This document shows, piece by piece, positions 57,373 through 64,000 of a stretch of 64,000 nt of DNA. Every line of letters starts with the position of its first letter. Position 1 is the stretch's first letter. The stretch is from assembly GCA_016934825.1 (NCBI GenBank), contig JAFGSB010000158.1:195-64194 (forward strand), written 5' to 3'. Source of the DNA: Candidatus Zhuqueibacterota bacterium. GTDB taxonomy: Bacteria; Zhuqueibacterota; Zhuqueibacteria; Residuimicrobiales; Krinioviventaceae. The notes below the pieces were generated by a model. It made no database searches, was not told the DNA's origin, and saw only the letters and a program-made list of their open reading frames with translations. Position numbers and translations under genes: made by a program.

Positions 57373-58650
57373 GTGAAAAAACTGTTAATCCTTTCATATT
57401 ATTTTCCGCCGTTAGGGCTGGGTGGAACGCAGCGGGCCGCCAAATTCGCGAAATATCTTCCCGAATTCGGATGGACGCCAACCGTTTTAACGGTCAAACC
57501 CATTGCTTATTGGGCCCGTGACGAGTCGTTACTGAAAGATTTGGAAGGATTACATATCATCAGAACCGAATCATCTGATCCGCAGCGTCTGTTAAAAAAA
57601 TTTAGGGAAACAAAAAAAACAAAAACCGGAAATGTTAATGTTTCCCCCAATAACGGACTTTTGCAGAAATTGAATCAAAATATATTTTCCTTTTTCCTGG
57701 TACCGGACAGTAAATTATTATGGAACAGGCATGTCTTTAAAACCGTTGAACGTTTGTTAAAGCAGGAACATTATGACGCGTTATTTACCACATCGCCGCC
57801 GCATTCGACTCATCTGGTCGGCAAAAGAATTGCCGGGTCGTTCGGTTTGAAATGGGTTGCGGATTTCAGGGATGACTGGGCCGCCGGTCATGTTGTATAC
57901 GAGCCGACTCCCGTGCAAAAATGGCTTAACAGACGAATGCAGAAATCGGTTATAGAAACGGCGAATGCTGTAATTTGCGCTTCAAGCGGAATTAAATCCG
58001 GCTTTGAAAAGGATACGAATTCGTTCGAAAAATTGACTGTGATTACAAACGGATTTGATGCGGGTGACTTTACCATTCCGATAAATAAAAGCAATAACGG
58101 CAAATTAGTCTTTTGTTATTGCGGCGTTATCTCAAAATTCAGTGATCCCGCAGCTTTATTTAGGGCATTGAGAATTTTAAAGGAAAAAGATCCGGCGACA
58201 TTCGGCAAAGTAAAAATTCAGTTTGTCGGTTATGATGCTACGGGGAAATTGCCGGAAATGATAAAATCGCTCGACCTGGAGAGTACTGTTGAATTGATTG
58301 GTTTTAAACCGCATGAGGACGCTGTGCAATATCTTGTTAATGCAGACTTTTTGTTACTTTTGGCAACCGGTAAAAAAAACGATACGTTTATACCGGGCAA
58401 GACGTTCGAATATTTCGGAGCGCAAAAACCTGTTTTTTGTATCAGTAATGTTGCGGATACGAATGAAATACTCGCACATTATAGTTTGGCCAAGGTTATG
58501 GAGCCGGACAACCCAGAAAAGATTGCGGCGAATTTAGACTTTTTTGTCAACAATAAATGGACAATTCAGGAAAAAGATATAGATTTTATTCAGCAATTTA
58601 ACAGGAAAAATCAAACAAAACAATTGGCGGAGATTCTGGACAGGTTATGA
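57373..58650 (+). CDS. Glycosyltransferase family 4
   Basis: YYFPP..GGTQR..KF.KYL, TSPPHS, ADFRDDW, TNGFD and PGKTFEY. Confidence 0.9.
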   Translation: MKKLLILSYYFPPLGLGGTQRAAKFAKYLPEFGWTPTVLTVKPIAYWARDESLLKDLEGLHIIRTESSDPQRLLKKFRETKKTKTGNVNVSPNNGLLQKLNQNIFSFFLVPDSKLLWNRHVFKTVERLLKQEHYDALFTTSPPHSTHLVGKRIAGSFGLKWVADFRDDWAAGHVVYEPTPVQKWLNRRMQKSVIETANAVICASSGIKSGFEKDTNSFEKLTVITNGFDAGDFTIPINKSNNGKLVFCYCGVISKFSDPAALFRALRILKEKDPATFGKVKIQFVGYDATGKLPEMIKSLDLESTVELIGFKPHEDAVQYLVNADFLLLLATGKKNDTFIPGKTFEYFGAQKPVFCISNVADTNEILAHYSLAKVMEPDNPEKIAANLDFFVNNKWTIQEKDIDFIQQFNRKNQTKQLAEILDRL

Positions 58651-60761
58651 TTTTTAATTATAAAACAAAAGATACAAGACATAATACAATTTATGGGATT
58701 ATATTTTTTTTATTCGTTTTTACTTTATCGGTAAATCTTTTTGCGGATGAGTACCTGTGGCCGACAAATGCGAGCAGGGCAATCACCTCAACATTTGCCG
58801 AGTATCGTCCCGGCCGTTTTCATGCGGGTATTGATATTAAAACCTGGGGCAAAACAGGTTATAATATTTTCGCCGTCCGGGACGGATATATTTCTCGTAT
58901 CCGCGTTTCACCATATGGATATGGAAGGGCTTTATATTTAACGCTGGATACCGGAGAAACCGTTGTATATGCCCATTTGCACAGTTTTAACCAGGAAATT
59001 GAAGATTACGTCTGGTCCGAACAGGAAAAACGCGGCAAGTATGGTATTCAATTATTCCTGAATTCGGAAAAATTCAAATATAAACAGGGTGACTTTTTGG
59101 GTAAAACCGGTCAAACCGGAGTGGGTTATCCCCATCTTCACTTTGAAATTCGCGATCCGAATGGTGAACCGTTCAATCCTTTCATGAAAGGATATAATGT
59201 CGACGATTTTCTGGAACCCGTCATTACCAAAGTATCATTCATACCTTTAAACGCCAATTCAATGGTTAACGGCGACTGGAAGCCCGTTGTAACCGGAACC
59301 ATAAATTCGAGAAAAGGCCGTTTTGTTCTTGACAAACCGGTTAAGGTAAACGGACTTGTCGGCTTTGGTATATCCGCTTATGATGTTATGGATAATATCC
59401 CCAATAAATTCGGTACATATAAAAACAGACTTTATATTGATGATAAATTGGTTTTCTCGTCGATTTATAAAAAATTTTCTTATGCCGAGAACAATCTTGC
59501 CTTACTCGACAGGGAATTCCGTTTAAATCAGACGGGATTTGGTAATTTTTACAAATTATATATTGACGACGGGAACACGCTTCCTTTTTATCTGAATAAC
59601 CAATATTTACATGGCGCTGTTTATTTTTATAACGGTCCTGCTCAAAACATACAACAATCGCCGGGAGTTACGGTAATTAACGGTGCGAGCCATAATTTCC
59701 GGATGGTTGTTCAGGATTATTGGGAAAACGAAAGCGAAGTGGCCGGGCAACTGATAGTCGAATCACCGGAATTTATCGATATGGTTTCGGCAGTGAATCC
59801 TTTTAATTTTCCATCTTTCCTGAATTACACCTTAATATCCGATTCGATCTTTTATCAAATCAATTCGGAATTTTATGATAATTATATACGGCTGGAATTT
59901 GAACCTTTAAATAACATTCAGGACGGGACTTTTATCTCCTATCAATTTGTTAACCGGGAAATACAACCATTGCCGGTTTTCAAAAAGAATAATAATCTTG
60001 TCGGAGCTGTGCCGCTTTCACCCGATATGAACGGTCCATTAAAAATTTTTGTGGAAAAAATAATTGATGGAATCTCAATTAAACAGAATGAACTATTAGA
60101 ATTTGAAATAATCGATAAAAAACGTTCGCAAACAGTTTACAGTAAAGACGGGTTGTGCAGAATAGAATTTTCCTTAAATTCGTTATTCAAACCGGTTTTT
60201 GTCAGAATGAATGCTAACATTCCGGATAGTAACAGTCAATATAAATTCGCCAGCAAAATTTATGATGTTGAACCTAAAGATGTCGCGATGAACAAAGGCG
60301 CGATAATTAAAATAAAGTATAACAACAAAACGCTGGTCGAAAAAACGGGTATTTATTATAAAAGCAATAACGGTAAATGGGTATTTTTTGGCAATATTCA
60401 TGAGGAGGAAAACCGGAATATTGCCGGGTATGTCGGAACCTTCGGCACTCATGCCCTGATCGTCGATGATGAACCGCCGGAAATTTTGTCTTTATATCCC
60501 GGGAATAACTCGCATCTGCAAACCGTCGTTCCGCTATTAACGGCAGTTTTTAAAGATACGTTATCCGGTCTGATGGGTGAAGATAACATGCAGCTTTTAC
60601 TGGATGGGAAAAAAGTGATTGCCGAATATGACCCGGAGAGATTATCGTTGTCTTATAAAGTGAGACAACCCCTTGTTAAGGGTGAACATACCCTGGAATT
60701 ATTTCTAAAAGACAGATGTGGTAACATCGCCACGCAAAAGCATAATTTCTGGATTGATTAA
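58647..60761 (+). CDS. M23 family metallopeptidase with a long C-terminal region
   Basis: FHAGID (HxxxD), YAHL and PHLHFE (HxH), plus an N-terminal hydrophobic segment. Confidence 0.88.
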   Translation: MIFNYKTKDTRHNTIYGIIFFLFVFTLSVNLFADEYLWPTNASRAITSTFAEYRPGRFHAGIDIKTWGKTGYNIFAVRDGYISRIRVSPYGYGRALYLTLDTGETVVYAHLHSFNQEIEDYVWSEQEKRGKYGIQLFLNSEKFKYKQGDFLGKTGQTGVGYPHLHFEIRDPNGEPFNPFMKGYNVDDFLEPVITKVSFIPLNANSMVNGDWKPVVTGTINSRKGRFVLDKPVKVNGLVGFGISAYDVMDNIPNKFGTYKNRLYIDDKLVFSSIYKKFSYAENNLALLDREFRLNQTGFGNFYKLYIDDGNTLPFYLNNQYLHGAVYFYNGPAQNIQQSPGVTVINGASHNFRMVVQDYWENESEVAGQLIVESPEFIDMVSAVNPFNFPSFLNYTLISDSIFYQINSEFYDNYIRLEFEPLNNIQDGTFISYQFVNREIQPLPVFKKNNNLVGAVPLSPDMNGPLKIFVEKIIDGISIKQNELLEFEIIDKKRSQTVYSKDGLCRIEFSLNSLFKPVFVRMNANIPDSNSQYKFASKIYDVEPKDVAMNKGAIIKIKYNNKTLVEKTGIYYKSNNGKWVFFGNIHEEENRNIAGYVGTFGTHALIVDDEPPEILSLYPGNNSHLQTVVPLLTAVFKDTLSGLMGEDNMQLLLDGKKVIAEYDPERLSLSYKVRQPLVKGEHTLELFLKDRCGNIATQKHNFWID

Positions 60762-60804
60762 TTTTTTAAACGGTATATTATATTGAATTTAAAAGGAGTT
60801 ATAA

Positions 60805-61047
60805 ATGTCACATTCCAAATTACCGGACTGGCATAAATACTGGTCAAAATTTACGGATATCAACGAGCTTCAACTCAGGTCATCCGATATAGATGAAACA
60901 TTAAAAAGTATCGAAAAAGAGTTTGAGTGTAAATTAATGTCCGGGGATCATCTGTTGATTATTGAAGCGCTTGAAAACAGAATTGAAGAAGTAAAAAGCC
61001 GATTGTCGATTCATAAATCCGGCATTCAGGCCGATCTGTTTGAATAA
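60805..61047 (+). CDS. Small hypothetical protein (80 aa)
   Basis: Strong AAGGAG RBS, ATG start and helical composition. No family recognised. Confidence 0.65.
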   Translation: MSHSKLPDWHKYWSKFTDINELQLRSSDIDETLKSIEKEFECKLMSGDHLLIIEALENRIEEVKSRLSIHKSGIQADLFE

Positions 61048-61129
61048 TATTCCTGATTTTACAAAATATTTTTGTTATTATTATCAATATTTCCAAGTGG
61101 ATAAGGCAAATTTTGATTTTATAATTTCA

Positions 61130-61158
61130 TTGACTCTTTTCAGAGGTTTTACTATATT
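61130..61158 (+). promoter_or_regulatory. Putative sigma70 promoter for valS
   Basis: TTGACT-17 bp-TATATT. Confidence 0.55.
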
Positions 61159-61224
61159 TTTAAATTATAATTTTTTGACGAACATTTTTACAATTTATAT
61201 TTTCCGCGAGGAACGAGGAACCGA

Positions 61225-63957
61225 ATGAGTTTAAAAGAACTGGACAAACTTTACGATCCGACCAAAGTTGAGGATAAATGGTACAAGTATTGGGAAGAAA
61301 ATAAACTGTTTTATGCAAATGTGGAAAGCGAACGCCCTCATTATACAATTATGATACCTCCCCCCAACGTAACGGGAATGTTGACGATGGGGCATATTTT
61401 GAATAATACCATCCAGGATTTGCTGATCCGCTGGAAAAAAATGTGTGGTTACGAAACGCTGTGGATGCCCGGTACCGATCATGCCGGAATCGCGACCCAG
61501 AATAAAGTTGAGGCCGATATTGCCCGGGAGAATCTGGATCGTCATATGCTGGGCCGGGAAAAGTTCCTGGAACGGGTATGGAAATGGCGGGAAAAATTCG
61601 GCGGAATAATCCTGCAGCAATTGCGCAAACTGGGTGCGGCCTGTGATTGGGACCGTGAAAGCTTTACAATGGATGAAGATCTGAGCAGGGCAGTGCGTGA
61701 GGTGTTTGTATCGCTATATGAAAAAGGATTGATTTACAAGGGACGCCGTCTTATTAACTGGTGTCCCAAATGTTATACGGCCCTGGCCGATGAAGAAGTT
61801 AATTCCGTCGAAGAAGAAGGATTGTTTTGGGATATTGCCTATCCTTTGAAAGACGGCAGCGGAGAAATTGTCGTTTCAACAACCCGGCCGGAAACCATGC
61901 TGGGTGATACGGCGGTAGCCGTCCATCCTGATGATGAGCGATATAAGGATTTGGTCGGTAAAATATTGATCCTGCCGCTGATGAACCGTGAAATTCCGAT
62001 TATCGCTGACCAGCATGCCGATCCGGAAAAGGGACGCGGCGCCGTTAAAATTACCCCCGCGCATGATATGAATGATTTTCAGGTCGGGTTGCGGCACAAC
62101 CTGGATCAAATGTCCGTTATCGGCGCGGACGGGACCATGAATGAAAATGCCGGTAAATATAAATCCCAGGACCGGTTTGTCGCCCGGAAAAATATCCTTG
62201 CCGACTTGAAGGAACTTGGCCTTTTACGCGGTGAACAAAAAAAAATAATCGCGGTGCCCAGATGTTACCGTTCCGATGATGTTATCGAGCCGTACCTGTC
62301 CGAGCAATGGTTTGTAAAGATGGAACCGCTTGCCCGGCCGGCAATAGAAGCCGTTAGAAAAGGTAAAATCAGATTTTACCCCAAACACTGGGAAGAAACA
62401 TATTTCCACTGGATGGAAAACATCCGTGACTGGTGTATCAGCCGGCAAATCTGGTGGGGACATCGAATCCCCGCCTGGACCTGCGAAAAAGGTCATATCA
62501 CCGTTGCCCGTGAAGAGCCGGTCAAATGTTCAACCTGCGGCAGCAGTCAGTTGCAGCAGGAAGATGATGTACTGGATACCTGGTTTTCTTCATGGCTCTG
62601 GCCCTTCAGCACGCTTGGTTGGCCCAATCAAACCCCGGATTTGAAAAAGTTTTTCCCGACCGATACACTCGTGACCGGCCCGGATATTATCTTTTTCTGG
62701 GTAGCCAGAATGATCATGGCTGCTCTCGAATTTATGGGCGATATCCCGTTTACGGATGTTTATTTTAACGGCATGATCAGAGACCTGAGCGGCCGTAAAA
62801 TGTCAAAGTCGCTTGGGAATTCGCCGGACCCGTTATGGCTGATTGACGGTATTGACAAAGAGCAGATCAGGGATTTTGCCAAACATAATCCGTCTTATAC
62901 AAATGGAGTACCCGCCTACGGCGCGGACGCCGTCCGGTTGACTATGGTTTATTTGACGCCGCTTGGCGGCGATATCCGGTTTGACCATACCCTTGTCGAA
63001 TTGGGACAAAAATTCAGCAACAAACTGTGGAACGCCGCCCGGTTTGTGCTGATGAACCTGGATAAAGAGCAGGACGTTTTACAACTGTCCGATATCTCCA
63101 TAGACGAACTTGATTTCGCCGATATGTGGATCCTGTCCAGATTGCACCGTGCAATAGACAGTATTGATAAATCCATGACGGATTTCAGATTAAACGACGC
63201 CACTCATACTTTATACAGTTTTATCTGGACCGAATATTGTGACTGGTATATTGAGTTGGTCAAAAACAGGCTGTACGACAAGGAAAATCCCGGGACTCAG
63301 CATATTGCCCGTTCAGTTGCCGTTTTTATACTGGATAATATTGTTCGACTGCTGCACCCTTTTATGCCGTTCATCACCGAGGAAATATGGCAGAGCTTCC
63401 CGGATTCCATGAATAATTCCGGTCTTAAATCCATTATGCTCCAGCCGTATCCAAAAGTTGACGAACAGTGGATAAATGAAAAAATTGAATCAGAAATGGA
63501 ACTGTTGCAGCAGGTTATCGGCGCAATCCGCAATATACGCGGTGAAATGAATGTACCTCCGGCTAAGGAAGCGGAGCTTTTTATACACGGATCGGATAAA
63601 CAAAAGCTGAATATTATAAAAAAGAACCAGGTCTCCATCAATAAGCTGGCCCGAATTTCAAAAATTTCCTGGGACGGAGAACGTCCCGAATTAACGGCCA
63701 GCGCCGTTGTTCAGGGTATTGATATATATATGCCCCTGGCCGAACTCATTGATATTGAAGTTGAAAAAAACCGCCTGCAAAAGGAAGTAACACGACTTGA
63801 AAACCAGTTAAACGGTTTGCAAAAAAAGTTAATGAATCAGGATTTTGTATCACGTGCACCCAAAGAGGTCATAGAGAAGGAAAAACAGAAAAAAGCAAAC
63901 TGGGAAACGAATTTGACAAAATTGCAGGATAATTTGCAACTTTTATTGGGTAAATAA
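61225..63957 (+). CDS. valS: Valine--tRNA ligase
   Basis: PPPNVTG.LTMGH (HIGH variant), DWCISRQIWWGH, KMSKS and a C-terminal coiled coil. Confidence 0.97.
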   Translation: MSLKELDKLYDPTKVEDKWYKYWEENKLFYANVESERPHYTIMIPPPNVTGMLTMGHILNNTIQDLLIRWKKMCGYETLWMPGTDHAGIATQNKVEADIARENLDRHMLGREKFLERVWKWREKFGGIILQQLRKLGAACDWDRESFTMDEDLSRAVREVFVSLYEKGLIYKGRRLINWCPKCYTALADEEVNSVEEEGLFWDIAYPLKDGSGEIVVSTTRPETMLGDTAVAVHPDDERYKDLVGKILILPLMNREIPIIADQHADPEKGRGAVKITPAHDMNDFQVGLRHNLDQMSVIGADGTMNENAGKYKSQDRFVARKNILADLKELGLLRGEQKKIIAVPRCYRSDDVIEPYLSEQWFVKMEPLARPAIEAVRKGKIRFYPKHWEETYFHWMENIRDWCISRQIWWGHRIPAWTCEKGHITVAREEPVKCSTCGSSQLQQEDDVLDTWFSSWLWPFSTLGWPNQTPDLKKFFPTDTLVTGPDIIFFWVARMIMAALEFMGDIPFTDVYFNGMIRDLSGRKMSKSLGNSPDPLWLIDGIDKEQIRDFAKHNPSYTNGVPAYGADAVRLTMVYLTPLGGDIRFDHTLVELGQKFSNKLWNAARFVLMNLDKEQDVLQLSDISIDELDFADMWILSRLHRAIDSIDKSMTDFRLNDATHTLYSFIWTEYCDWYIELVKNRLYDKENPGTQHIARSVAVFILDNIVRLLHPFMPFITEEIWQSFPDSMNNSGLKSIMLQPYPKVDEQWINEKIESEMELLQQVIGAIRNIRGEMNVPPAKEAELFIHGSDKQKLNIIKKNQVSINKLARISKISWDGERPELTASAVVQGIDIYMPLAELIDIEVEKNRLQKEVTRLENQLNGLQKKLMNQDFVSRAPKEVIEKEKQKKANWETNLTKLQDNLQLLLGK

Positions 63958-64000
63958 AGTTAAAAAATAAAATTTATATTCATCCCATTATTATTTTAAT

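Noticed and set aside
61040-61228. 62-aa ORF or T-box leader before valS
   Set aside because: The ORF is low-complexity AT-rich sequence spanning the predicted promoter. There is no T-box GGTGG-ACC motif or terminator.
1-64000. Recoded TGA/TAG (Sec, Pyl or alternative code), tRNA/rRNA, prophage or transposase
   Set aside because: Genes ending in TGA are full length, with no continuing homology. No cloverleaf, rRNA, integrase or DDE motifs were recognised.

Overview
64 kb of low-GC bacterial chromosome. The gene content (PorV, T9SS-type C-terminal domain, efp-accB-accC-gcvH-gcvPA, tatA-gatA) suggests an FCB-group diderm, perhaps KSB1/Calditrichota-like; this is an inference. About 50 CDSs, mostly housekeeping: gcvPB/gcvH/gcvPA, purB/purC, psd/pssA, gatAB, efp, accBC, truA, transaldolase, dinB, ttcA-like and valS. 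I saw no rRNA, tRNA, CRISPR array, transposase or prophage. The most interesting parts are: (i) an envelope operon porV - zinc-site-less M6/FG-GAP/T9SS-CTD protein - metallopeptidase-PD40-Omp85-like protein - two DUF5683-like paralogs - Amj, preceded by a long leader with attenuator-like competing helices; (ii) a convergent TPR / plug-less TonB-type barrel / ExbB / ExbD / TonB cassette; (iii) an OPT transporter - PqqD - metal-site-degenerate M29 cassette; (iv) a REC-GGDEF / kinase / REC-pseudo-DHp signalling trio; (v) three ~150-170 bp intergenic elements bounded by CCGG-TTAA-CCGG palindromes; (vi) two genes that appear to need non-canonical ATT/ATA starts; (vii) strong CCGG enrichment. All family calls are by eye from motifs; no database search was run.
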